In this document: positions 26,504 through 35,320 of the stretch, piece after piece
Layout of the letters: each line of letters opens with the position of its first letter
Position numbering within the stretch: position 1 is the first letter of the stretch
Source: Actinomycetota bacterium
Lineage (GTDB): Bacteria > Actinomycetota > Acidimicrobiia > Acidimicrobiales > GCA-2861595
Direction of reading: 5' to 3'
DNA: 39,120 nucleotides
NCBI GenBank assembly: GCA_016781225.1
Contig: JADDQT010000001.1
Coordinates: forward strand, 10,537 to 49,656
The notes under the pieces: model-generated
Databases searched by the model: none
The model's input: only the letters and a program-made list of their open reading frames with translations
What the model was told of the DNA's origin: nothing
Translations under genes and position numbers: made by a program

Positions 26504-26711
26504 GGAGGCGGACTGTAACCACGGCTTGGGCTGATCGCCGAGATCCGCGCCTATGAGGGGGGCGACGACCTATTGTCAGCTCAGCCTCGTTCCGGCCGCG
26601 GGTATCTCGCGGTCGGCGATCGACTGGAGTCGAGCTCTCGGGCAGCAGCGGCGCGGCCGCCCCGCGATGGAGGCCCTCGTGTGACGAGGCGAGATCGACG
26701 GGGGTAGCCCC

Positions 26712-27983
26712 ATGGCCCGATGTGGCGCTGTATCGCTTCAGAAGTCCCTCTTTGCATCCTTGGGACGGGATGGCCTCGATGCTGAGTTTCATCGATGTAA
26801 TTTGGGTCCCGTGGGTAACGTCGCCGGGTTCACGGTCGCCGCGCTGTTCGCCGGAATCGGTGGCATCGAGCGCGGCCTCGAGAAGGTCGGCGGACATACC
26901 GAACTCCTCTGCGAGAACTGGGATCCAGCAGTCGCCGTTCTCGGCGAGCGTTTCCCGGACGTGCCAATGGTGGGGGACGTCAGGGATCTACGGTCGCTGC
27001 CGAAGGTCGACGTGGTCACGGCGGGCTTCCCGTGCACCGACCTCTCTCAGGCGGGGCGGACGAAAGGGATCCAGGGCAACGCGTCCGGCCTCGTCGCCGA
27101 GGTGTTCCGTCTTCTGAAGCGCACCAAGGCCCCTGTACTGCTCCTCGAGAATGTGCGGAACATGCTCGTTCTCGACGGGGGCAAGGCCATGCGGTACCTC
27201 GTTGCGGAACTTGAGGCCCTCGGCTACCGCTGGGCCTATCGTCTCGTCGACTCTCGCTTTACGGGAGTCCCTCAGCGGCGCCAGCGCGTCATCTTCGTGG
27301 CAGCAAGGGAAATCGATCCACGGGCAGTGCTGTTCGCCGATGATGCGGGTGAGCCGGACGCCGAGCGTTACAGCGACGCGTGCTTCGGGTTCTACTGGAC
27401 CGAGGGGCTGCGCGGCCTCGGATGGGCGAAGGACGCGGTGCCTACGCTCAAGGGCGGGTCCACGATCGGCATACCCTCGCCGCCGGCAATATGGGCGCCG
27501 AACAACCAGCTCGGTCTCCGTCTGGTCACTCCCGCGATCGAAGATGCCGAGGAACTACAGGGATTCGAACCTGGGTGGACCGAGCCGGCCGAGCTGGTCA
27601 CCAAGCGGCGTGGGACCCGCTGGAAGTTGATCGGTAACGCCGTCACCGTCGGCGTGTCGACGTGGTTTGGTCGGCGATTGGCCGATCCGGGAGAGCCATT
27701 CCTCGAGGGAGCGGCGGTTCAGTCGGGCGACCGATGGCCCAACGCCGCGTTCGGGGCCTCCGGCAAGGCGTGGGCGGTTGACGTGTCGATGTGGCCCACA
27801 CACCAGCCATACCGTCATCTCGCGGAAGTGATGGATCTCCTGCGCGCGACACCTGTGTCTGCGCGAGGCGCTGGGGGCTTCCTTTCGCGTGCGCAGCGTG
27901 GAAGCCTTCGGTTCATGGATGGCTTCCTAGAGGATGTCGCCGAGCACGTCCGCTTCATGAACGAGGAACTGTTTGGCGCCTGA
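26712..27983 (+). CDS. dcm: DNA (cytosine-5)-methyltransferase, copy 2
   Basis: Identical to 12734..14005. Confidence 0.9.
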   Translation: MARCGAVSLQKSLFASLGRDGLDAEFHRCNLGPVGNVAGFTVAALFAGIGGIERGLEKVGGHTELLCENWDPAVAVLGERFPDVPMVGDVRDLRSLPKVDVVTAGFPCTDLSQAGRTKGIQGNASGLVAEVFRLLKRTKAPVLLLENVRNMLVLDGGKAMRYLVAELEALGYRWAYRLVDSRFTGVPQRRQRVIFVAAREIDPRAVLFADDAGEPDAERYSDACFGFYWTEGLRGLGWAKDAVPTLKGGSTIGIPSPPAIWAPNNQLGLRLVTPAIEDAEELQGFEPGWTEPAELVTKRRGTRWKLIGNAVTVGVSTWFGRRLADPGEPFLEGAAVQSGDRWPNAAFGASGKAWAVDVSMWPTHQPYRHLAEVMDLLRATPVSARGAGGFLSRAQRGSLRFMDGFLEDVAEHVRFMNEELFGA

Positions 27984-28428
27984 GCCTGTGCGTCCGGGGC
28001 GGCCAGCAGCGTCGTCGGAGGAGATCCGACTTCGGATGCAGCGTCAGGCCGGCCGGGACACGAAGCCCGAACTCGCCCTCCGCCGAGAACTGTGGCGTCG
28101 AGGATTGCGGTACCGAGTCGACCTTGCACCCATCAGTGGGCTTCCTCGTCGAGCCGACATGGTCTTCAGCCGCGCACGAGTCGCTGTCTACGTGGACGGG
28201 TGTTACTGGCACAGCTGCCCGGATCACGCCACGGTCCCGAAGGCCAACCGCGACTGGTGGGTCGCGAAGCTTGAGGCGAACGTGAAGCGTGATCGTGACA
28301 CCGATGCTCGATTGCGATGGGCGGGTTGGGAGGTGGTGCGCGTGTGGGAGCACGAGACGATCGTCGACGCGGCAGATCGGATCGAGTCCGTCGCGCGCGA
28401 GCGACCTGGCAGCGCCGGGAGCGGATGA
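27973..28428 (+). CDS. vsr: Vsr endonuclease, copy 2
   Basis: Identical to 13995..14450. Confidence 0.9.
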   Translation: MAPEPVRPGRPAASSEEIRLRMQRQAGRDTKPELALRRELWRRGLRYRVDLAPISGLPRRADMVFSRARVAVYVDGCYWHSCPDHATVPKANRDWWVAKLEANVKRDRDTDARLRWAGWEVVRVWEHETIVDAADRIESVARERPGSAGSG

Positions 28429-28502
28429 TGTTCAGCACCCTGACGGGACCCCGTTTGGTGGTCCACCCGCTATGAGAGTGGTCCATGGGTGACACCCGGC
28501 CT

Positions 28503-29399
28503 CTAGGACGCCCGTAGAGGCGCCGGAAGGTCCGGGGATGGGTTGGGAGTGCCGACGAATTGATCGTCGACCTCCCATCTTGTTTGGTACTCGGCGGGGG
28601 TGAGCCCATCGAGGGCCGAGTGAGGCCGGTAGGTGTTGTACTCGATCCTCCAGGCCTCGATGAGGACCTGCGCCTCGGCGAGGGAGCCGAACTCCTCGGT
28701 GTTGAGCAGCTCGTCTCGCACCCGGCCGTTGAACGACTCGACGTAGGGGTTCTGCCACGGTGAGCCGGGCTCTATGTAGATGGTCCCGGTGCCGGCCAGG
28801 CGGCACCACTCCCGAAGGGCCCAGGCCACGAGCTCGGGTCCGTTGTCCATGCGCAGATGCGCCGGTGCGCCTCGCTCGGCCACCAGGGCCTCGATGGTGG
28901 CCACCACCTCATCGGCGTCGCAGGATCGCCCCACCCGCATGGCCAGGGCTTCACTGCTGTGCTCGTCGACGATGTTCAACAGCTTGAGCCTCCTCTGATC
29001 GGCGGTCTCGTCGAACTGAAAGTCCAGGGCCCACACGTCATTGGGATGTTCAGCCCTCCGGCGCTCCGCGGTGCTGGCGTGGGTCCGGCGGCGCTTGTGG
29101 CAGTGCTGGGGTCGGCGCAGGCCCTCCTCCCTCCACAGGCGCTGCGTGCGCTTGCGGTTGATGACCCAGCCCTCTCGGCGAAGGAGGCGATGGGCCGCCT
29201 TCCAGCCCCAGCGAGGATGGCGGCGGGCGATGTCTCGCAGACGGCGACGCAGCTTGTCCTCCTCGGCCGGACGAGGCCGGCACGGCTTGCGCTGGGTGGA
29301 GCGCTGCTGGCCCACCACTCGATAGGCCCGGCGTTCGGAGACCCCGAAGCGCTCCTGTAGGACCACGACGGCCCTGCGGCGGCGCTTCGGGGTCACCAT
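28503..29399 (-). CDS. IS3 transposase OrfB, copy 2
   Basis: Identical to 14525..15421. Confidence 0.9.
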   Translation of the reverse strand: MVTPKRRRRAVVVLQERFGVSERRAYRVVGQQRSTQRKPCRPRPAEEDKLRRRLRDIARRHPRWGWKAAHRLLRREGWVINRKRTQRLWREEGLRRPQHCHKRRRTHASTAERRRAEHPNDVWALDFQFDETADQRRLKLLNIVDEHSSEALAMRVGRSCDADEVVATIEALVAERGAPAHLRMDNGPELVAWALREWCRLAGTGTIYIEPGSPWQNPYVESFNGRVRDELLNTEEFGSLAEAQVLIEAWRIEYNTYRPHSALDGLTPAEYQTRWEVDDQFVGTPNPSPDLPAPLRAS

Positions 29400-29671
29400 T
29401 TTCCCTCGGCCAGCTCCTTGAGCGTGGCCTTGTCCAGCTCAGCGTCGGCCAGCAGGCGCTTCAGCCGACCGTTCTCCGACTCGAGCTCCCGCAGGCGCTT
29501 GGCCTCGGAGGCCTTCATGCCCCCGTACTGGTTGCGCCAGCGGTTCCAGGTGGCTTCGGACACCTCGAGGTGGCGGAGCACCTCGGTGAGGTCCTTGCCG
29601 TCGTTGAGCAGCCGCTCACCCTCGCGGAGCTTGCGCACGACCTGCTCGGGGGTGTGGCGGTGTCGCTTCAT
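29393..29671 (-). CDS. IS3 transposase OrfA, copy 2
   Basis: Identical to 15415..15693. Confidence 0.85.
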   Translation of the reverse strand: MKRHRHTPEQVVRKLREGERLLNDGKDLTEVLRHLEVSEATWNRWRNQYGGMKASEAKRLRELESENGRLKRLLADAELDKATLKELAEGKW

Positions 29672-29954
29672 CGTGGTCAGTCCCTTCATGCCCAGATCCT
29701 GGGCGTCGGACTCCCACAGTTGGTGGACCACTTTCCGGGGGCCCCGTCAACCCCACCGGGCGTCCCGAGTGGCGGGCAAGGTTCGAGCAGGAGGACGCCG
29801 CGTCCGCGAGAAGTCGTCTTCTACTTTCAAGGCTTAGAAGGACGCCACACTGTGGCCGCCCGATCGTCCAGGACGCCTGCACGCTCGAGGAGACGGTGGA
29901 AACCCTTGGTGCGAGCCCTCGGCTCCGCGCGACGTTGTCTGGGCGCACCCTGAG

Positions 29955-29971
29955 CGGGCCCTCACGGCCCG
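29955..29971 (-). terminator. GC hairpin after the GHKL gene, copy 2
   Basis: Identical to 15977..15993. Confidence 0.3.
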
Positions 29972-31774
29972 TCAGTCCGCGTCCGCTGTGAACAGGATGT
30001 CGGAGAGATCGACTGCTGCCGAATCCTGGATCGTCCCGAGGAGTTCCCACAGGTACTCGGAGATGTCGGTGGTGCCGTCCCAGTTCGCCCGCACGTCGTA
30101 TGCCTGGATCACTTCGACGAAACGGCTGAAGACGTAGTCACGCCATCTCGCGCTCTTGGCGCCCTCGTCCTGGAGCATCCGCTCGGCGAGTGGGCGCTGC
30201 GCGTTGATCCACCACAGGTTGGCCTCGACATCATGGGTCCGCTGGTACACCACCGGCTGACGAGGATGGAGAGTGAACACCTCGCCAGAGTCGGGGTCAG
30301 GGTCGTATCCGGAGATCCGAATCTCTGGGAAGCGCGGCACGCTCTTCTTCTTGTCACCGGCACCACCACCGCCAGTCTGCGTGCCACTGCCGCCCGAACC
30401 CGCGCCGCCGCCGCCACCTCCACCGCCGGATCCGCCCTTCTTGTCATGGAACTCGCCCGGGCCGCCGGCGCCGCCACCACCCGTGCCGCCTTCGCCTGCG
30501 CCTTCGCCCTTACCCACGCTCACCATCACCTCGCGGGCGCGAAGGAACTTGTTCTTCCAGCGGTTCAAGCGGTTTGACAGCGCTTGGTTCTCGTTTTCTT
30601 CCCGAGCCCGTCGCTTTGCGTTCTCCTCCTTGGCCAGCTCGTCGGAGAGATCATCTATGCGTAACGCAACCCACTCGAGGATCGCGTCGGTCATAGGGTT
30701 CGCTACGAGATGGACACGGTCGTTGGTCTTCAGCCCGTGATCCTCAAGCACCGGAGCGTCGAGCGCTCCGTAGATGAAGTCGGCGCCTGCTCGGTTCCGG
30801 ATTGGCAGTTCGCCGACCCGATAGCTGGCGATGATCAGGCCGTTACGTCCCTTGACGTCGATCGCATGAGTCGGATCGCGGCGTGTAAATGGGTCGAAGG
30901 CAACACGAAGCGTTAGCTCACCAGCCTTTGGCTTGTCGGTGAGGGTGAAGACGTCATCCCCGCTCTTCAGCTCGGCTGGCAGGTCATACGATCGGCCCTC
31001 CTCGTAACCCGGTCGATCGGGGATCGCGGGGAGACGGAGAGGGTCAATGATCCTGTCACCGTCAGAGAACGCGACATGTGCTCGTTCGAGGACTTGCTTT
31101 GCCTGCGGATCCGCGAGGAGCTTCAACTCGAAGGCCTCACTCCGGCTCCATTGTGCGGGATGACGCAACCCTCGTCCTCGTACGATTGTGAAATGACACA
31201 TCTGCGGGTCGTCGGAGGCCACGGCGGGTCGAACCGCATCAGGCAGGTCGCCGCAAGTCGGGGCGAGCCCGGCGATCGCTCGCGCTCGGTCCGGTGAGAC
31301 CGTGGCGCCTCGGTAGCGTTCGTCGAAGCCGTATTGCTTGCTCTCGTCGAATCCGAAGACCGTGATGCGCCCGTCGCGGTAGGTGATGAACTCTGATCGC
31401 TTGAAGTTCTCCCGCATGTGGAACTTGCCGCCGTTTCCGTGCCCGCCAAAGCCGGCGAAGTCGGCACGGCCGCGGCTTGCGGCGACGTCTGAACCCCACC
31501 GCTTGAGGTGTTCGTCTATCTCCTCGTAGGTCGCTCCGATGAAGTCGATGCACTCCATCACGCCATCCGTGCCGGCACGCGACGTCGGGGTCTCGACGTG
31601 CATGACGATGAACGGGACGCCTGGCTCATCCATGCGAACGGCCTGGTCGTACGCGTTCTTGAGCCACTCTGCGGCGCCTGCAGCGTACTTCCCTTGGAAC
31701 TGTGCGCCGAGAAGGTCGAGCACGCGCTCCTTGTCCATCTCGGCTTCCTGATGCGCAATTGCAAAGTCAGTCAT
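29972..31774 (-). CDS. GHKL ATPase, copy 2
   Basis: Identical to 15994..17796. Confidence 0.7.
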   Translation of the reverse strand: MTDFAIAHQEAEMDKERVLDLLGAQFQGKYAAGAAEWLKNAYDQAVRMDEPGVPFIVMHVETPTSRAGTDGVMECIDFIGATYEEIDEHLKRWGSDVAASRGRADFAGFGGHGNGGKFHMRENFKRSEFITYRDGRITVFGFDESKQYGFDERYRGATVSPDRARAIAGLAPTCGDLPDAVRPAVASDDPQMCHFTIVRGRGLRHPAQWSRSEAFELKLLADPQAKQVLERAHVAFSDGDRIIDPLRLPAIPDRPGYEEGRSYDLPAELKSGDDVFTLTDKPKAGELTLRVAFDPFTRRDPTHAIDVKGRNGLIIASYRVGELPIRNRAGADFIYGALDAPVLEDHGLKTNDRVHLVANPMTDAILEWVALRIDDLSDELAKEENAKRRAREENENQALSNRLNRWKNKFLRAREVMVSVGKGEGAGEGGTGGGGAGGPGEFHDKKGGSGGGGGGGGAGSGGSGTQTGGGGAGDKKKSVPRFPEIRISGYDPDPDSGEVFTLHPRQPVVYQRTHDVEANLWWINAQRPLAERMLQDEGAKSARWRDYVFSRFVEVIQAYDVRANWDGTTDISEYLWELLGTIQDSAAVDLSDILFTADAD

Positions 31775-32396
31775 CGTCGGGGCCCCTTGAGGTCTTCCGG
31801 GCAATGATGTCGGCGAACCGGTCTCGGAGGAACTCGTCCACGGCGACGAGTTCCTTCGCTCCGGGTGTGTCCGTCGTCACGGCTTCGTCGAGCGCACGAC
31901 GTGTCTGAGCAAGCCGGCTCTCGAAGTCGCGGGCGGGCGCACGCACGCTCGTGCGATAGAACGCAAAGAAGTCTGTGTCCAGGATGTCGTCCGTCTGGCC
32001 GGCGAGGAAGAGCTGGGTAGCCGTCGCCCGCTCGAGGTGCTGCAACTCCTGGCTACCACTCCTACTCATCCGGCCTGTTGATGCTGGGCCCTGGGTATCC
32101 GCGTCCGAGAACAACGTCGCCGCGAGATCCCAGCCAGCGTTGGTCAGCTTGAACTTCTTCTGGCGTGTCGGACCTGTCGCGACCAGGCCGCCGGACTTCA
32201 GTTCCTTGTAAAGGGAAACGTGAATGTCGCTCGCGTCGGGAAAGCGATCGGAGTAACCGCGAAGCCCGAAGTCATCCGGGTACAACTCCCACGCCTTGAC
32301 GACGATGTCCTCATACGTCATAAGGCGAGGCCCGTCCGGCGAGAGGGCATAAAGCGCCTCAAGGATCTTGCGCGGGCGTCCGCCGAGCTTTGCCAT
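31767..32396 (-). CDS. Winged-helix hypothetical protein, copy 2
   Basis: Identical to 17789..18418. Confidence 0.6.
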   Translation of the reverse strand: MAKLGGRPRKILEALYALSPDGPRLMTYEDIVVKAWELYPDDFGLRGYSDRFPDASDIHVSLYKELKSGGLVATGPTRQKKFKLTNAGWDLAATLFSDADTQGPASTGRMSRSGSQELQHLERATATQLFLAGQTDDILDTDFFAFYRTSVRAPARDFESRLAQTRRALDEAVTTDTPGAKELVAVDEFLRDRFADIIARKTSRGPDDD

Positions 32397-32398
32397 CG

Positions 32399-33910
32399 TC
32401 AGCCGCCCCGAGCTCGCCGACGAGCCGCGCCGAACAATCGGAGCACATCTCGGTCCCCACGGGCGGCGAGTAGCTCCTCGACCTCACCAAGCTGCGCGTG
32501 CGGCGAAAGGCCGATCCCAGTCGCGCATGCCGAGAGCCATGCGTGGTCGTCGCTCGTCTGACCCAGCCGAAGTAGGAGCTCTTGTTCGGCGTCGGCCGCG
32601 CTCAGGTCAACCTGACGGACGAGTCGGAAGCCGAGGCGGCCAGTGTCATAGGCGACGACGAACAAGTAGTCGCCCTCGGCGGCGCCAAGGGACTCAGCGA
32701 CATGGCGAAGCGATCCGATTCCAGGCGACTGAGAAGGCCAATACATCGGGATGTCACCGAACTCGGATGAGAACTTGAGCCTGCCTCCGGGGAGGAGCCT
32801 CAACAGCGCGGCGAACGCCTCCGGGACGATGTGTCCGCTCCCGCGGAGGGTGTCGTGCGTAACGAGATGCCTCCAGGCCCAAACCCCTTCGATGACGACG
32901 CAGTCGCCCGCCTCCTCTAGTGCTGTATCCGGCACGTAAGGCTCATCCTCACGCCGCAAGCGAACCCAGACGCCGTCCCGGACGAACCGCGGATGCGTCA
33001 CGCTCATGATCTCCACCGAAGCTGCGACGATCCCGAACTTCTCGTCGAGGATCCGCTTCAGGCGCTCGATCGGCATCCCGTGTGGCAGCCCCCCAAGTTC
33101 GTCGGCCATCTCGGCGGCGATGCTCTTGTACCGTTCACCGCCCCACTCCGACAGCCCCCACCTGCGGGGACCCCGCCGCTGAAACCGATCTTCGCTACCG
33201 AGGTAGTTCTTGAGCGTCGTAAGCGAGCCTTCGCCGATGTGCTCGTGGATCTCCTCGGCTGTCATGAGCCGGCGCTTCAGAGCGAGCACGACCGCGGCCT
33301 TGTCTCCGAGCGTGCCCGACCACGGCACGACCTTCTCATCGACGATACGGATGTCGCGGCGCGCTCGAAGCGCTTGAAGCTGGTGATCGTCGTGGATACC
33401 CAAGCTGCGCATCGAACGACGCACTTCCACAAGCGGAACGGGCCCCGAGGCGGTCTCGGCGAGGGCAGCACGGAGAGCGGTGTCGAACTTGGCTGACATC
33501 ATTGTTTCGGCCGCCACCTGGTATGGGCCGGCCAGGAAGAGCAGCAGATGCACTTCGGTCGGGAGCACGGTCGCGTTGAGATCAACGCCGATGGCGTCGG
33601 CTAGGTCCGTCCTCGAGAAAACAAGCCCCAGGTCGAAGCGGATCCGCGTGATTACGGCGTCCACCTCCGGGATGGATTTCAGCTGTAGTAACTCCTTGAC
33701 AGCTGCTGCCTCGATCTGGCGAACGCGTTCGCGGCTGAGGTTGAACCGGTCGCCGAGCTCTTGAAGTGTCGGGATCGAAGCTCCGATTGCGAAGACTCGT
33801 TCCGCGAGGATCGTATGGGCTCGACCGTCGAGCCGGCGGAGAGCGTGCTGGATCACCGGGAGCCACTCTGATCCTTGCGCGGCGTGCCTCGACGGTGTCT
33901 CGTGGACCAT
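32399..33910 (-). CDS. Sigma-r4 HTH / HARE-HTH-like protein, copy 2
   Basis: Identical to 18421..19932. Confidence 0.65.
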   Translation of the reverse strand: MVHETPSRHAAQGSEWLPVIQHALRRLDGRAHTILAERVFAIGASIPTLQELGDRFNLSRERVRQIEAAAVKELLQLKSIPEVDAVITRIRFDLGLVFSRTDLADAIGVDLNATVLPTEVHLLLFLAGPYQVAAETMMSAKFDTALRAALAETASGPVPLVEVRRSMRSLGIHDDHQLQALRARRDIRIVDEKVVPWSGTLGDKAAVVLALKRRLMTAEEIHEHIGEGSLTTLKNYLGSEDRFQRRGPRRWGLSEWGGERYKSIAAEMADELGGLPHGMPIERLKRILDEKFGIVAASVEIMSVTHPRFVRDGVWVRLRREDEPYVPDTALEEAGDCVVIEGVWAWRHLVTHDTLRGSGHIVPEAFAALLRLLPGGRLKFSSEFGDIPMYWPSQSPGIGSLRHVAESLGAAEGDYLFVVAYDTGRLGFRLVRQVDLSAADAEQELLLRLGQTSDDHAWLSACATGIGLSPHAQLGEVEELLAARGDRDVLRLFGAARRRARGG

Positions 33911-33914
33911 CGAG

Positions 33915-34481
33915 CTACTCATTACTACCGAGGCTCTCGACGCGCTCACGTCCAGCCGGTGTGATCTCCCAGATGCCCCGCGGGGAGCCCTTCTTGATTA
34001 GACCGGCCTGGACGAGCTTCAAGCGAACGAATTGCGTCCTGTTCTTCCACCGGACGAGGCCCGAGTCGAGCACCTCGCGGTCGGCAGGCGTGAGACGGTG
34101 GTCGAGCGTGGCCCCCACGTCTTCGATCAATTCGCTTGCTGGCGCGGAGCCGCCCCGGGCAACGAGCGCCCTTAGCAGCGGCTCTTCGTACTCACGCTCC
34201 GGCAGCAGCGAACCACTTTCCGCTCGCGGTCGCGACGAACCCCTCTTGCTCTTCGTCCGGCCCCTCAGCCTCGCCGCCGACCGCGGCGTCGGTGACCTCT
34301 CCTTGGCTTTCAGTTCGGCATCGAGCTCCCGAGCGGTCGAGGCCAAGCGGCCAACGGCTCCGCTGCCATCGATCCCGAGGAGTCGACGCAGGACCGAGTT
34401 CACGTCATCGACGAGCGGTTCAGCAAGGCGTTGCAGCGCCTCGAAGACCTCGTCGTCCACGGGCGGCAGCTGGCGTGTCAT
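33915..34481 (-). CDS. Mrr_N-type winged-helix protein, copy 2
   Basis: Identical to 19937..20503. Confidence 0.65.
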   Translation of the reverse strand: MTRQLPPVDDEVFEALQRLAEPLVDDVNSVLRRLLGIDGSGAVGRLASTARELDAELKAKERSPTPRSAARLRGRTKSKRGSSRPRAESGSLLPEREYEEPLLRALVARGGSAPASELIEDVGATLDHRLTPADREVLDSGLVRWKNRTQFVRLKLVQAGLIKKGSPRGIWEITPAGRERVESLGSNE

Positions 34482-34507
34482 CAGCAGCGAGCCTTCCTTA
34501 CAGGAGT

Positions 34508-34561
34508 CATTGCAATGAGTATTGCATCCACCGCCAGCGATTGCAATCTACATTGCAATAA
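34508..34561. promoter_or_regulatory. ATTGCAAT palindrome array, copy 2
   Basis: Identical to 20530..20583. Confidence 0.55.
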
Positions 34562-34652
34562 GCTGGCCGGCGGGACCGCGAATCCAAGGCTCAGGGGAAA
34601 GCTCATGCATCGCCCCGGCCCCAGGCGGTATCAAGGTGATACCATAACCGGC

Positions 34653-34856
34653 ATGGCTATGACTCTTCGACTGACCGAGGACGAGCAGGCCGCGCTCCGG
34701 CAACGAGCAGAGCGGGAGGGCATCTCGATGCAGGACGCGGCTCGGCGAGCCGTCCGCGACTACGTCGCCAGGGGCGAGCATCGGGATCGGGTGGCGGAGG
34801 CCGCCGAGCGAGTGAAGGCTGCCCATGCTGAAGCCCTCCGACGTCTCGGGGAGTGA
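34653..34856 (+). CDS. RHH antitoxin, copy 2
   Basis: Identical to 20675..20878. Confidence 0.8.
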   Translation: MAMTLRLTEDEQAALRQRAEREGISMQDAARRAVRDYVARGEHRDRVAEAAERVKAAHAEALRRLGE

Positions 34857-35239
34857 ACGAGCCGGTCGAGTACCTGGATCTGGACGACCTCATCGAGCTC
34901 GCCTCCGGGCTCCTGGGAGACCCGCCTCCCATCCGCGACGTCGGACTGCTCGGCTCCGCCGCCGCCCGGCCTCAGACGAGTGCCTTCGGTGAGGACGCCT
35001 ACCCGGACATCTGGACCAAGGCGGCTGCGCTGCTCCAATCCATCCTCAAGAACCACGCCCTTGTTGACGGCAACAAGCGGCTCGGCTGGCTCGCCACGGC
35101 TACTTTCCTGGAGATCAACGGGATCCCGGTAACGCACATCGACAACGATGCCGTCTACGACTTCGTGATCGACGTGACGGTCGGCCACCAGGATGTCGGC
35201 GAGATTGCCAGCGGCCTTCGCCGGCTCGCGGAGCCCTGA
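34853..35239 (+). CDS. doc: Fic/Doc toxin, copy 2 (variant allele: H->Y, AGAL->ASGL near the C-terminus)
   Basis: Same as 20875..21261 apart from substitutions at 35131 (synonymous), 35156, 35210 and 35214. Confidence 0.85.
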   Translation: MNEPVEYLDLDDLIELASGLLGDPPPIRDVGLLGSAAARPQTSAFGEDAYPDIWTKAAALLQSILKNHALVDGNKRLGWLATATFLEINGIPVTHIDNDAVYDFVIDVTVGHQDVGEIASGLRRLAEP

Positions 35240-35291
35240 GACGACCTGCAGATTCACAACACCTCGATCCGTGTCCGGAAGGGGACAATCG

Positions 35292-35300
35292 CCCCTCCGA
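35292..35300 (+). other. attR core CCCCTCCGA
   Basis: The island sequence ends here and is followed by unique GACGGTCCTTACGC. Confidence 0.7.
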
Positions 35301-35320
35301 GACGGTCCTTACGCACGTAG

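Larger units (their letters stand above)
28441..29749 (-). mobile_element. IS3-family insertion sequence, copy 2 (same site, same ACCC duplication)
   Basis: Identical to 14463..15771. Confidence 0.85.
7336..35300. repeat. Head-to-tail tandem duplication, 2 x 13,978 bp, plus a terminal 9-bp core
   Basis: Every ORF between 7363 and 21261 recurs at +13,978 with the same translation. The exception is the doc 3' end. Unit boundaries fall on CCCCTCCGA at 7336, 21314 and 35292. Confidence 0.95.
21314..35300. mobile_element. Integrative island copy 2, internal junction to attR
   Basis: Same gene content as copy 1 at +13,978. It ends at the CCCCTCCGA core, 20 bp from the stop of the flanking chromosomal gene. 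Confidence 0.85.

Noticed and set aside
7336-35300. Considered whether the long-range perfect repetition could reflect a CRISPR array or a composite transposon.
   Set aside because: There are no short repeat-spacer units anywhere in the window. The repeat unit is a whole 14-kb island bounded by att-like cores rather than by inverted IS copies, and the IS copies are internal and in direct orientation.
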